Shown: positions 34,747 to 43,980, numbered from the stretch's first letter. The stretch: DNA of 64,000 nt from Eubacteriales bacterium (GCA_045594745.1 JAZNZC010000153.1:4941-68940), one strand, 5' to 3'. Program-made: numbers and translations. Notes: generated from the sequence alone by a model not told the origin.

Positions 34747-34748
34747 TT
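34731..34748. repeat. Island junction direct repeat, copy 2 (att-like)
   Basis: CGATACCAAGTTTCATTT is identical to 18890-18907. Confidence 0.85.
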
Positions 34749-34780
34749 GTTTTGTGCTCCTTTGTCTTTTTATCCCATCT

Positions 34781-34809
34781 ATTATATCATAAAGAAAGAA
34801 GTTTTGCAA
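34781..34809 (-). promoter_or_regulatory. Orphaned native ychF promoter
   Basis: Minus strand reads TTGCAA-17 nt-TATAAT, followed by an AAAGGAGC SD and the remnant ATG. Confidence 0.65.
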
Positions 34810-34874
34810 TAGCCGCGCCGAAATTATTTCTTACTTTTGCAAAATTTGAGTGAGGAAAGAATGTTACAAAACTT

Positions 34875-34903
34875 TTGCCAAATCAAAAATTCTCGTTTAT
34901 AAT
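34875..34903 (+). promoter_or_regulatory. Putative upstream promoter (P1) facing the response-regulator operon
   Basis: TTGCCA-17 nt-TATAAT, about 290 nt upstream of the RR start codon. Confidence 0.45.
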
Positions 34904-35036
34904 TTGAATTTTAGAAAATGTTAATAACATTTAATGAATTTTGAACAAAAATCGGGCATGTTTTTCTATAAAATGACAAAAAACACGTTATTTTGCACAA
35001 AAAATATAAAAAATCAAAAAAATGTTCAAAAACCAT

Positions 35037-35065
35037 TTGCAATTTATTCGATTTTGTGTTATAAT
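35037..35065 (+). promoter_or_regulatory. Putative promoter (P2) of the response-regulator/htrA operon
   Basis: TTGCAA-17 nt-TATAAT with TGT immediately upstream of the -10. Confidence 0.55.
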
Positions 35066-35195
35066 GTTGTTACAAGAAAAAATCACATTAAATGAACAAA
35101 TTGTTTCAAAATTCATATTTTCGTCACGATATCACCCCATTTATATTTTATAATGTATGCGATGAATTGGACAGGCAAAAAGGAGAACAATATCT

Positions 35196-35888
35196 ATGAC
35201 CGATACAAAAATTCTGATTATTGATGATGATTCCAACGTAACCGAGGTGCTCAAATCCTATTTTGAAAACGAAGGCTACGATATTAAGATTGCGACCGAC
35301 GGTATGGAAGGTCTTAACTATTTTAAGATTTTCTCTCCCGACCTCGTGCTTTTGGACATTATGCTTCCCAAAAAGGACGGATGGCAGGTTTGCCGTGAGA
35401 TTCGCGAAATTTCTTCCAAGCCCATCATTATGGTTACTGCCAAGAGCGATGCCTTTGACACCGTTCTCGGTTTGGAGCTCGGTGCCGACGATTTCGTTAC
35501 CAAGCCCTTTGATATCAAGGTTCTCTCGGCTCGTGTTAAGGCAGTTCTGCGCCGCTGTCAGGCAAGCACTCGCCAGAGTGAAGAGGAAGTGATCAAATTT
35601 GAAAACATCGAGATCAGCCTGCAAAAGTATGAGCTTAAGCTCAACAACCGCTCGGTTGATATTCCGCCCAAGGAACTCGAGCTTTTGTATTTTTTGGCAT
35701 CCAACTACAACCGCGTTTTCACGCGTGACCAGCTCCTTGACAAGGTTTGGGGCTTTGACTACCTTGGTGACTCCCGCACAGTTGATGTCCACGTAAAGCG
35801 CCTGCGCGAAAAGCTTGAGGGGGTATCCGATAAATGGATACTCAAAACCGTTTGGGGCGTTGGCTACAAGTTCGAGCTTTTGAACTAA
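35196..35888 (+). CDS. OmpR/PhoB-family response regulator
   Basis: Receiver domain (IIDDD..., LLDIMLPKKDG, TAK) plus a winged-helix trans_reg_C domain (...TVDVHVKRLREKL...VWGVGYKF). Confidence 0.9.
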   Translation: MTDTKILIIDDDSNVTEVLKSYFENEGYDIKIATDGMEGLNYFKIFSPDLVLLDIMLPKKDGWQVCREIREISSKPIIMVTAKSDAFDTVLGLELGADDFVTKPFDIKVLSARVKAVLRRCQASTRQSEEEVIKFENIEISLQKYELKLNNRSVDIPPKELELLYFLASNYNRVFTRDQLLDKVWGFDYLGDSRTVDVHVKRLREKLEGVSDKWILKTVWGVGYKFELLN

Positions 35889-35923
35889 TCGATACTTATT
35901 GAATTTTGAAAAGGAGAAGCGAT

Positions 35924-37102
35924 ATGTCAGAAAAGCAAAACAATCAGCCCAAGCAAGATGCGGCTTCTGATCAGTCCTATTCCTTTTATTGGAACTATAA
36001 TGACCAACTCGCTCACGATCGCGAGGAAAAAGAAAAGCGCTCACGTCACGGCGTACTCGTTTACGTTACGGTCCTTGTTGCTGTATTCTTGCTCTCTTTT
36101 GCAATGCTTGCGGCAACGATCGTTTGGTATGGAGAAGGGGGCGGCATTCCGCCTGTAACTCCGCAAACGAACACGGGGGCAGTTGCAGAGGCGGTCAATC
36201 CCTCTGTTGTTCTTATCAGCGCTGCGTCTGCTTATTCTGCCGGCAACGGCACAGGCTTTTTCCTCAGTACTGACGGTTACATTGCAACAAACTATCACGT
36301 TATAGCTGCTGCAACAGCGATCAGAGTAACGCTCTACAACGGAGAAATGCTTGATGCGAAGCTTATCGGTTACCGCGCCGAGGATGATCTTGCCGTTATC
36401 AAGATCGATGGCAAGGGATATCCTGCTGTAACGATCGGAAACTCGGATGCACTTGCCGTTGGCGACATTGCGATCGCCATTGGCAACCCCGGTGGAGCCG
36501 AGGGCGGATGGACGACCACACAGGGCATTATTTCCGCTTTGAACCGCACGATCTCTATTGAAGAAACTGCTTATTTTAGTGAGATGAAGATGCTTCAAAC
36601 CGATGCACAGGTCAATCCCGGCAACTCCGGTGGACCTCTTTGCAACGCATCCGGCGAGGTGATTGGCGTTATCACACGCAAAATAAGTGACTACGAGGGC
36701 ATCGGTTATGCTATTCCCATCAACGAAGCGATCCTCACGCTGAATGCCATTATGGAAGGAAAACTCGATGGTTTTGTTTCGTCGGTTTCCAAATCCCGTC
36801 CTAAGGTTGGCATTACGGGTTCTGAAATTACCAAAGGCGAAAAATTCCAACTTGAGTTTGGCGGCGAAGAATATACCGCTCCTGTTCCCGGATTTTTTGT
36901 AACGGCGGTATCCCAAAGCACGGGTGCTTACGGCGTTGTTGAGGTGGGAGACATCATCTGCGCTGTTAATGGCAAGACGATTACCGATCTCGAAAGCTTC
37001 AAAACCGAGCTTTACAAATGCTATGTCGGTCAAAAGGTGACCTTTGACCTCTATCGAAAAAACGAAAAAATGACCGTTGAGATTACTCTTGGCGTCACGT
37101 AA
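35924..37102 (+). CDS. HtrA/DegP-family trypsin-like serine protease with PDZ domain
   Basis: N-terminal TM helix, catalytic context TNYHV / DLAVIK / GNSGGPL, and a C-terminal PDZ-like region. Start placed at MSEKQ after an AAAGGAGA SD. Confidence 0.85.
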   Translation: MSEKQNNQPKQDAASDQSYSFYWNYNDQLAHDREEKEKRSRHGVLVYVTVLVAVFLLSFAMLAATIVWYGEGGGIPPVTPQTNTGAVAEAVNPSVVLISAASAYSAGNGTGFFLSTDGYIATNYHVIAAATAIRVTLYNGEMLDAKLIGYRAEDDLAVIKIDGKGYPAVTIGNSDALAVGDIAIAIGNPGGAEGGWTTTQGIISALNRTISIEETAYFSEMKMLQTDAQVNPGNSGGPLCNASGEVIGVITRKISDYEGIGYAIPINEAILTLNAIMEGKLDGFVSSVSKSRPKVGITGSEITKGEKFQLEFGGEEYTAPVPGFFVTAVSQSTGAYGVVEVGDIICAVNGKTITDLESFKTELYKCYVGQKVTFDLYRKNEKMTVEITLGVT

Positions 37103-37157
37103 TATCAAAAAAGGGTGTGGAAATCGTATTTCTGCATTCTTTTTTTCTTCATAACTC

Positions 37158-37186
37158 TTGACGAAAGGTGTTTTTTTGTTTATAAT
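37158..37186 (+). promoter_or_regulatory. Putative promoter of proBA(C)
   Basis: TTGACG-17 nt-TATAAT. Confidence 0.55.
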
Positions 37187-37220
37187 GTAGAAAAGATTAC
37201 ACAGAGAGGATTACACAACA

Positions 37221-37997
37221 ATGAGAGTGGTAATTAAAATTGGTACATCAACGCTCGCGCACGCAAACGGACATCTCAACATTCGTCGTGTTGAGGAGCT
37301 GTGCAAGGTGATCAGTGACCTCAAAAACAGCGGATGCGAGATCATTCTTGTTTCATCCGGTGCTATCGGTATGGGAGTGGGTAAGCTATCGCTGAAAGAA
37401 AAGCCTCAAGACATTCCCACAAAGCAGGCAGCTGCCGCCGTGGGGCAATGCGAGTTGATGTATACCTATGACCGTTTGTTCCAGAAATATCACCACACCG
37501 TTGCGCAGATCCTTTTAACGGGCTCTGATTTCAAGCACGATGACCGGTATCATAACTTCCAAAATACGCTTAGCCGTCTTTTGGAGCTTGAGGTTCTGCC
37601 CATTATCAACGAAAACGACACCATTGCCACCGATGAGATCAAGGTAGGCGACAATGATACGCTTTCTGCCATGGTTGCCGCAAGCGTGGGGGCTGACCGC
37701 CTCGTTCTGCTATCGGATATTGACGGCCTTTATACCGCAGATCCGCATAAGTGCGCCAATGCGAAGCTGATCCACAATGTGGACGAGCTCACTCCCGAGA
37801 TTATGGCACTTGCAGGGGATGCAGGCTCGGCTCTCGGTACAGGCGGAATGAAAACCAAGCTCCACGCCGCCGAGCTTTGCCGAGACGCGGGATGCGAAAT
37901 GGTCATTCTCAACGGCGCAGAACCCAATCTCCTGTATGATCTTTTCGATGGGAAGAACGTTGGAACACGCTTTTTTTCAAAAGGAGAGAGAATATGA
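37221..37997 (+). CDS. proB: Glutamate 5-kinase (short form without PUA domain)
   Basis: VIKIGTSTL..., an amino-acid-kinase fold, and a 4-nt overlap with proA. Confidence 0.9.
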   Translation: MRVVIKIGTSTLAHANGHLNIRRVEELCKVISDLKNSGCEIILVSSGAIGMGVGKLSLKEKPQDIPTKQAAAAVGQCELMYTYDRLFQKYHHTVAQILLTGSDFKHDDRYHNFQNTLSRLLELEVLPIINENDTIATDEIKVGDNDTLSAMVAASVGADRLVLLSDIDGLYTADPHKCANAKLIHNVDELTPEIMALAGDAGSALGTGGMKTKLHAAELCRDAGCEMVILNGAEPNLLYDLFDGKNVGTRFFSKGERI

Positions 37998-39250
37998 CAA
38001 CACTTGAAATATTGCAAGGTGCAAAAGCTGCCGCTCCCGCACTCGCTCTGCTTTCCACCCAAGAAAAAAATCAGGCTTTGCTCGCTATGGCAGATGCTCT
38101 TGAGGAGAATATGGAAGCCATTTTAGAGGCGAACAATGCTGACATAGAAAGCGCAAAAGATACGATGAATTCGGTTATGATCGACCGTTTGCGCCTCACT
38201 CCCGAGCGCATCAAAGGGATGGCACAAGGAATTCGTGAGGTTGTGGATCTTCCCGATCCCGTAGGCAAAATTACCGATAACTTCACCCGTCCCAACGGCA
38301 TCAAGGTCAGTAAAATGCGTGTACCGATGGGCGTGGTTGCCATTATTTACGAGAGCCGCCCCAACGTTACATCCGATGCGGCGGCATTGGCACTCAAGAG
38401 CGGAAACGTTTGTGTTCTGCGTGGCGGAAAAGAGGCTTACCGTTCTTCAACCGCCATCGTAAAAGCACTGAAAAAAGGACTTGCATTCCTCGGACTTCCC
38501 ACAACCTTTGTCAATATTCTCGAGGATACCACCCGAGCAGGTGCTAACGAATTGATGACCGCCACCGAGTACGTTGATCTGCTCATCCCACGCGGCGGTG
38601 CAGGACTTATTCGCGCTTGCGTGGAAAACGCCAAGGTGCCTTGCATCCAAACGGGCACGGGCATCTGCCACGTTTACGTGGATGCCGATGCCGATCTCGA
38701 TATGGCACTGAATATTATCGAAAACGCAAAAACCTCGCGTCCCTCTGTCTGCAATGCAGAAGAGGTCTGCCTTGTCAGTCGTAAGGTTGCAAAGGAATTT
38801 TTACCTCGCCTAAAGGAGCGCCTTGTCGATGCACGTATTCGTGACGGCAAAACACCCGTAGAGTTTCGCGTTGATGCCGAAGCGGGCGCAATTATCGAAG
38901 GAACACCTGCTACCGATGCAGACTTCGACACCGAATTTCTCAATTACATTCTCGCAATAAAGGTGGTAGAGGATGTTAAGGAAGCCGTAGAGCATATCGC
39001 GCTTCATTCAACACATCACAGTGATGCGATTATCACGAAGAATGAACATAACGCCGCGTACTTCACGGCGGCTGTGGATAGTTCCGCGGTTTACGTAAAC
39101 GCGTCAACGCGCTTTACCGATGGCGGTGAGTTTGGTCTCGGATGCGAGATCGGCATTTCCACCCAAAAGCTCCACGCAAGAGGTCCGATGGGCTTGGAAG
39201 AACTGACCACCTACAAATATGTCATCAACGGAAGCGGACAGATCCGCTGA
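37994..39250 (+). CDS. proA: Glutamate-5-semialdehyde dehydrogenase
   Basis: 418 aa of the aldehyde dehydrogenase family (..IYESRPNVT.., ..CNAEE..), located between proB and proC. Confidence 0.92.
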   Translation: MTTLEILQGAKAAAPALALLSTQEKNQALLAMADALEENMEAILEANNADIESAKDTMNSVMIDRLRLTPERIKGMAQGIREVVDLPDPVGKITDNFTRPNGIKVSKMRVPMGVVAIIYESRPNVTSDAAALALKSGNVCVLRGGKEAYRSSTAIVKALKKGLAFLGLPTTFVNILEDTTRAGANELMTATEYVDLLIPRGGAGLIRACVENAKVPCIQTGTGICHVYVDADADLDMALNIIENAKTSRPSVCNAEEVCLVSRKVAKEFLPRLKERLVDARIRDGKTPVEFRVDAEAGAIIEGTPATDADFDTEFLNYILAIKVVEDVKEAVEHIALHSTHHSDAIITKNEHNAAYFTAAVDSSAVYVNASTRFTDGGEFGLGCEIGISTQKLHARGPMGLEELTTYKYVINGSGQIR

Positions 39251-39266
39251 TGGGGAAGGATTCATT

Positions 39267-40073
39267 ATGAAAATAAAATTTGGTTTTATCGGTTGCGGTA
39301 ATATGGGCGGAGCTTTGGCACAAGCCGTTGCAAAGTCTGCAAATCCCACCGAGATCGCACTCTGTGATGCCAATATCGAAAGAGCCGCCGCACTTGCCGA
39401 ATCTCTTGGTTGTGGTGTTGCTCTCCTTGAACAGGTTGCACAGGATGCTGAATATATCTTTTTAGGTGTAAAACCCCAAGGCTTTGAGGGACTGTTTGCA
39501 GAAATTTCTCCTATTCTCAAAAACAGAAAAGACCGCTTTGTGCTTGTCAGTATGGCGGCAGGCGTCAGCATTGCGGCTGTGGAGAAGATGTGCGAAACAA
39601 AAGCACCTATCATTCGTATTATGCCCAACACGCCCGTTTCTGTTGGCGAGGGAATGATCCTCTATACCGCAAACGATGCCGTTACCGAAAAAGAAATCGA
39701 CACCTTTTTGCAGGCACTTGCAAAAGCGGGCAAGCTCGATGAGATTGCCGAGGATAAGATCGATGCCGCAAGTGCACTTTCGGGATGCGGCCCTGCATTC
39801 GTTTATCTCTTTGCCGAGGCTCTCGCCGATGGCGCAGTAGAATGTGGCCTCGCGCGCGACAAAGCAAATCTTTATGCCGCGCAAACGCTTTTGGGAGCGG
39901 CTGAACTGTTGCTCCAAAGCGGAAAGCATCCGGGTGAATTGAAGGATGCCGTATGCAGCCCCGGTGGTACGACCATCGCAGGCGTGCACGCACTTGAGGA
40001 AGGCTCGTTCCGTTCCACCGCAATGAGTGCCGTCACCGCGGCGTATGAAAAGACTTTGAAATTGAAGAAATAA
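39267..40073 (+). CDS. proC: Pyrroline-5-carboxylate reductase
   Basis: MKIKFGFIGCGNMGGALA Rossmann N-terminus and the SPGGTTIAG motif. Confidence 0.9.
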   Translation: MKIKFGFIGCGNMGGALAQAVAKSANPTEIALCDANIERAAALAESLGCGVALLEQVAQDAEYIFLGVKPQGFEGLFAEISPILKNRKDRFVLVSMAAGVSIAAVEKMCETKAPIIRIMPNTPVSVGEGMILYTANDAVTEKEIDTFLQALAKAGKLDEIAEDKIDAASALSGCGPAFVYLFAEALADGAVECGLARDKANLYAAQTLLGAAELLLQSGKHPGELKDAVCSPGGTTIAGVHALEEGSFRSTAMSAVTAAYEKTLKLKK

Positions 40074-40102
40074 AAATACTGCCACCGGGTAGTAGATGCA
40101 AA

Positions 40103-40161
40103 AAGCATCCGTTTACACATCGTTAGGTCTTTGAAGATGTGTTGACGGATGCTTCTTTTTT
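40103..40161 (+). terminator. Strong hairpin plus T-tract between proC and pnuC
   Basis: AAGCATCCGT-tt-ACACATC ... GATGTGT-tg-ACGGATGCTT followed by CTTTTTT, which runs directly into the pnuC SD (GGAGG). Confidence 0.65.
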
Positions 40162-40171
40162 GGAGGTGTTT

Positions 40172-40867
40172 ATGAAAAAACTGTTTTCTTATTTTTCAAA
40201 AGGGGAAATTGCATTATGGTGCTCTTCCGTGACTTTAATACTAATATCTTTTATTGCGTTCGATCGGGGAAATTATCTAACTTTATGTGCATCTCTTATT
40301 GGAGTAACATCCCTTATTTTTAATGCAAAAGGGAATCCGTTTGGGCAAGTGCTGATGATCGTTTTTAGTATTCTTTATGGGATTATTTCCTATACTTTCC
40401 GTTACTATGGCGAAATGATCACCTATCTTGGTATGACGATGCCGATGGCGGTTGTTGCTCTGATCGCTTGGCTAAAGCATCCTTTTCAAGGTAAAAAATC
40501 CGAGGTGGCAGTCAATCGAATTTCTAAAAAAGAACAGGTATTTATGTGGGAACTTACAACACTTGTTACCGTTGCTTTTTACTTTATTTTGGCTCATTTT
40601 CAAACCGCCAATCTCATACCGAGCACGATTTCGGTAACTACAAGCTTTATTGCGGTCTACTTAACGTTTCGCAGAACTCCTCATTTTGCGCTTGCTTACG
40701 CGGCAAATGATTTAGTTTTGATTCTTCTTTGGACTTTGGCGAGCATCGAGAACGTCCGCTACATTTCTGTTGTGGTATGCTTTGTTGCATTTGCAGTCAA
40801 CGATTTGTATTGTTATATAAGTTGGCGGAAGATGGAAAAAAGACAGCAGCTGCAACGAAATCAATAA
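40172..40867 (+). CDS. pnuC: Nicotinamide riboside transporter PnuC
   Basis: About 7 TM helices. ...LIGVTSLIFNAKGNPFGQ... and the W-rich C-terminal motif are typical of PnuC. Start placed at MKKLF after a GGAGG SD. Confidence 0.85.
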   Translation: MKKLFSYFSKGEIALWCSSVTLILISFIAFDRGNYLTLCASLIGVTSLIFNAKGNPFGQVLMIVFSILYGIISYTFRYYGEMITYLGMTMPMAVVALIAWLKHPFQGKKSEVAVNRISKKEQVFMWELTTLVTVAFYFILAHFQTANLIPSTISVTTSFIAVYLTFRRTPHFALAYAANDLVLILLWTLASIENVRYISVVVCFVAFAVNDLYCYISWRKMEKRQQLQRNQ

Positions 40868-40873
40868 CAAAAA

Positions 40874-40898
40874 ACGGAGAGGTGGCTCTCCGTTTTTT
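40874..40898. terminator. Bidirectional terminator
   Basis: ACGGAGAG-gtgg-CTCTCCGT with A-run and T-run flanks. Confidence 0.7.
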
Positions 40899-40904
40899 AG
40901 TGTA

Positions 40905-41696
40905 TTATAATGGAGTTTTTTCCAATAGCTTTGTCTCCATCTTTTCTACACTCTCTTGTGCATATTTTGCCAATTCTTTATTAGGATGATTTGTGTATTC
41001 CATAATAATCTTCAAATTTTCCTCTGATGGATAGTATAGCAAACACTCTATGGCAGTAAATGCGGTCTCTCTAACAATAACTTCCAATGAAGGCTTATAG
41101 TCCCCATCTTCTAACATGCCTACATCAGCTCTTGTTACATTTTTGTTCATTAAGTGAGCTGCCATAATTTCACCAAGCTCTTTTGGTGCCCATTTTCGAG
41201 CGATCATTATCGCTGTAAAAGGAAGAATATACACTTCTCTTCGATATTTCATTAACGCAACAAGTTCAGAAGATATTTTAGAGGATTTTAATTTTGAAAA
41301 AGCATTATCATATTTTAAATATATGTGAGCAGTTGATGGAGTTGACATGTAATAAGAAGACGCTCGAAAATGGTTATATAGGTCCATAATAATTCTATCC
41401 AACCCTTTGACTCTCGGTTTATCATAAAGAATACTTGAAACAAGAACCGCTCTACAAGATTCTGACTCAAATTGATGAATATATTTTAAAAGAATGGAAC
41501 TTACACCTGCAGGAGGATCTATCATTCTAATTTCCGCTAAATAATGATATTTATATGGATGGTCTGGAAATGATTCGTTGATCTCGTCGCACATCCGTTT
41601 TAGAACGTCTTTATCATTGCCATCCATTTTATATCCTCTTCCTTCTCGTTCATCAATTATTGCATTTGCTAAAAAACGTTTATAAATAACTGCCAT
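40905..41696 (-). CDS. Hypothetical protein (AT-rich, all-helical/repeat-like)
   Basis: 263-aa ORF 27 nt downstream of radA. Markedly more AT-rich than its neighbours. No motif recognised. Confidence 0.55.
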   Translation of the reverse strand: MAVIYKRFLANAIIDEREGRGYKMDGNDKDVLKRMCDEINESFPDHPYKYHYLAEIRMIDPPAGVSSILLKYIHQFESESCRAVLVSSILYDKPRVKGLDRIIMDLYNHFRASSYYMSTPSTAHIYLKYDNAFSKLKSSKISSELVALMKYRREVYILPFTAIMIARKWAPKELGEIMAAHLMNKNVTRADVGMLEDGDYKPSLEVIVRETAFTAIECLLYYPSEENLKIIMEYTNHPNKELAKYAQESVEKMETKLLEKTPL

Positions 41697-41723
41697 ATAT
41701 CCTCCCTTGGTTTATTGCTACTA

Positions 41724-43115
41724 TTACTCGCTCTCCTTCATCATATTCAGCACTTCATAAATGCCTCTTATGGGAATGATATTGATGCTCTCTGTTTCGA
41801 TTTTACGCTTCTCAATATTACGGTAGGGAACGATGGCATGCTTAAAGCCGAGGCGTTCCGCTTCCTTGATGCGTTGCTCCAAATTGGAGACGGAGCGACA
41901 TTCTCCTGCAAGTCCAAGCTCTCCAATGGCGATCAAGTCATCGGGGATGATGCGGTCTGTCATTGAGGAAATGAGTGCCATCGCAAGTGCTACGTCGGTG
42001 GCAGGCTCGTCCAAACGCATACCGCCTATGACGTTGAGATACACGTCGTTTTGATAGAATTTCAGTCCGAGTCTTTTCTCCAAAACCGCAATGATAAGGC
42101 ACATACGGTTGTAATCTATGCCGTTTGTGGTGCGACGCGGAGCAGGGAACGCAGTGGGGGTAACGAGTGCCTGAATTTCGGCAATGATGGGGCGCGTGCC
42201 CTCTATTGTGCAAACGGCACAGTTGCCCGAAATGTTCTTCGGTCTGCCCGCGAGCAGCATTTGCGAGGGGTTGTCCACCTCGATAAGACCTTTGTCGGTC
42301 ATCTCAAATACGCCAATTTCATTGGTGGAGCCGTAGCGGTTCTTGATGGCGCGGATGATGCGGTATGCTTGTTGGCGCTCGCCCTCAAAATAGAGCACGG
42401 CATCCACCATGTGTTCAAGCACCTTGGGGCCTGCAATACTGCCTTCCTTGTTGACGTGTCCGACCATAATGACCGAAATACCGTCACTCTTTGCTTTGTT
42501 GATAAAGGAAAGCGCGGTCTCCTTGACCTGCGTGGTACTACCGGGAGCAGAGTTGACCGATGCGGAATAGATGGTCTGTATCGAGTCGACGATGATAACG
42601 TCGGGCTTGATCTTGTCAACCTCTTTGAGAATGCTTTCAATATTGGATTCGGTCAGAATAAAGAGAGAATTGCCTTGCACGCCAAGCCGCTTTGCGCGGA
42701 GCTTGAGCTGACCGCCCGACTCCTCACCCGAAACGTATAAAACGCGGCGGCTCTCGCCAAGAGAATCGCAAATTTGCATCAGGAGTGTTGATTTTCCAAT
42801 GCCGGGCTCGCCCGAAAGAAGCACAACAGACCCATGAACAAGTCCGCCGCCGAGCACGCGGTCAAGCTCACCAAGTCCCGTTGTACGACGCATATAGTCG
42901 GGAATCTCCAAATCGGTAAAGCCAACTGCGTGGTTGTCGCCAAGAGATGGAATCATGCTTACGCGCTTGGGAGCATTTGCCACAGGAGCAATCTCTTGCA
43001 CATCCTCAACAAAGGCGTTCCAAGCGCCGCAAGAGGGGCATTTTCCAAGCCACTTGGCGCTCTTATATTCACATTCTGAGCAGATGTAAAACGTTTTCAG
43101 TCCTTTCATTTTCAC
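41724..43115 (-). CDS. radA: DNA repair protein RadA/Sms
   Basis: N-terminal zinc ribbon (CSECEYKSAKWLGKCPSCGAWN), Walker A GEPGIGKST, KNRYG motif and a Lon-like C-terminus. Confidence 0.95.
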   Translation of the reverse strand: MKMKGLKTFYICSECEYKSAKWLGKCPSCGAWNAFVEDVQEIAPVANAPKRVSMIPSLGDNHAVGFTDLEIPDYMRRTTGLGELDRVLGGGLVHGSVVLLSGEPGIGKSTLLMQICDSLGESRRVLYVSGEESGGQLKLRAKRLGVQGNSLFILTESNIESILKEVDKIKPDVIIVDSIQTIYSASVNSAPGSTTQVKETALSFINKAKSDGISVIMVGHVNKEGSIAGPKVLEHMVDAVLYFEGERQQAYRIIRAIKNRYGSTNEIGVFEMTDKGLIEVDNPSQMLLAGRPKNISGNCAVCTIEGTRPIIAEIQALVTPTAFPAPRRTTNGIDYNRMCLIIAVLEKRLGLKFYQNDVYLNVIGGMRLDEPATDVALAMALISSMTDRIIPDDLIAIGELGLAGECRSVSNLEQRIKEAERLGFKHAIVPYRNIEKRKIETESINIIPIRGIYEVLNMMKESE

Positions 43116-43180
43116 AATCAGGCCTTTCTTTTTTTACTTACCATCATTATACAGCATCCTCTCCCTTTTTGCAAGAGGTT

Positions 43181-43906
43181 TTATGCAATTCCACGCAAAA
43201 TTCCCATACAAAGGGTGAGGGCAAGCTGTTGGCGGTAACCTTCATCACCAAGGAGTGCCGCTTCTGCGGGACTTGAAAGAAATCCACATTCAACAAGAAC
43301 AGCAGGGCATTCCAAATGATGCAAGAGATAGATACTGCTGCCGCTCCGCTTTACGGGGCGATCGTTTTCGGGTTGCAGGAGTTCTTGTGTGGTCGAATGA
43401 ATGGTTTTCGCGAGTCCTAAGGAAGCATCATTGTTATCCGAATACCACACCTGCACACCCTCACAAGAGGGATGCGGATAGGTGTTCATGTGCAAACTAA
43501 TAAACACGGCATCGGATGAATCCTGTGCAATTTTGAGTCGTGCCGCCATGTCGAGCATCTTTTTACGTCCTTGAAAATCGACGTTTCTGTCATAAAGAAG
43601 TGTGTCTGTCTCACGTGTCAACACAACTTTCACACCGTTTGCTGTCAAAATATCACGCATCGCGAGCGCGAGCGCGAGGTTGAGGTCTTTTTCAAGGAGT
43701 CCATCTTTGCTTGATGCACCGCCGTCCTCGCCGCCGTGCCCTGCATCCAAAATGACGGTTTTAGGTGGGGAAGAATTCTCATTATTCAAAACATCCAATT
43801 CTTTTTTGGGACGTGTAGCCTCGGCAACACCGAACAAAATCGCAAACAGAATGCTCAAAAAGAGCAAAAATGCCAAAAAGCGACAAGAGAATACCTGCTT
43901 TTTCAA
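43181..43906 (-). CDS. cwlD: N-acetylmuramoyl-L-alanine amidase, CwlD-like
   Basis: Signal/TM N-terminus and the Amidase_3 core VILDAGHGGEDGGA...SLHMN...ECGFLS. Confidence 0.7.
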   Translation of the reverse strand: MKKQVFSCRFLAFLLFLSILFAILFGVAEATRPKKELDVLNNENSSPPKTVILDAGHGGEDGGASSKDGLLEKDLNLALALAMRDILTANGVKVVLTRETDTLLYDRNVDFQGRKKMLDMAARLKIAQDSSDAVFISLHMNTYPHPSCEGVQVWYSDNNDASLGLAKTIHSTTQELLQPENDRPVKRSGSSIYLLHHLECPAVLVECGFLSSPAEAALLGDEGYRQQLALTLCMGILRGIA

Positions 43907-43980
43907 ATCGATTTTTCTCCATTCATCAGAATTTGCACAGCAATTTATGCATAAAAATCAAAGAATATTCATTTTATCTG

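Larger units (their letters stand above)
18890..34748. mobile_element. Integrative genomic (defence) island inserted in the 5' end of ychF
   Basis: Bounded by 18-bp perfect direct repeats. Carries a tyrosine integrase and an Xis-like gene next to one end. Cargo composition is patchy and AT-rich. The displaced ychF promoter and 5' remnant lie at the far end. Confidence 0.85.

Noticed and set aside
18890-34748. Considered calling the island a prophage or a conjugative element
   Set aside because: No capsid, terminase, tail, portal, relaxase, coupling-protein or T4SS genes are present. Only int/xis and cargo are found, so I describe it neutrally as an integrative island. Whether it can be mobilised is unknown.
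35148-37108. Two long minus-strand ORFs (35148-36044, 298 aa; 36041-37108, 355 aa) opposite the response regulator and HtrA genes
   Set aside because: They lie antisense to genes with clear family motifs. They lack SD sequences and translate to low-complexity, Arg/Asn/Val-rich sequence. These are typical shadow ORFs.
37103-37220. Looked for a T-box upstream of proBA, since these genes are T-box regulated in some Bacilli
   Set aside because: The spacer holds a terminator-like T-run and a promoter only. It has no Stem I features or T-box sequence.
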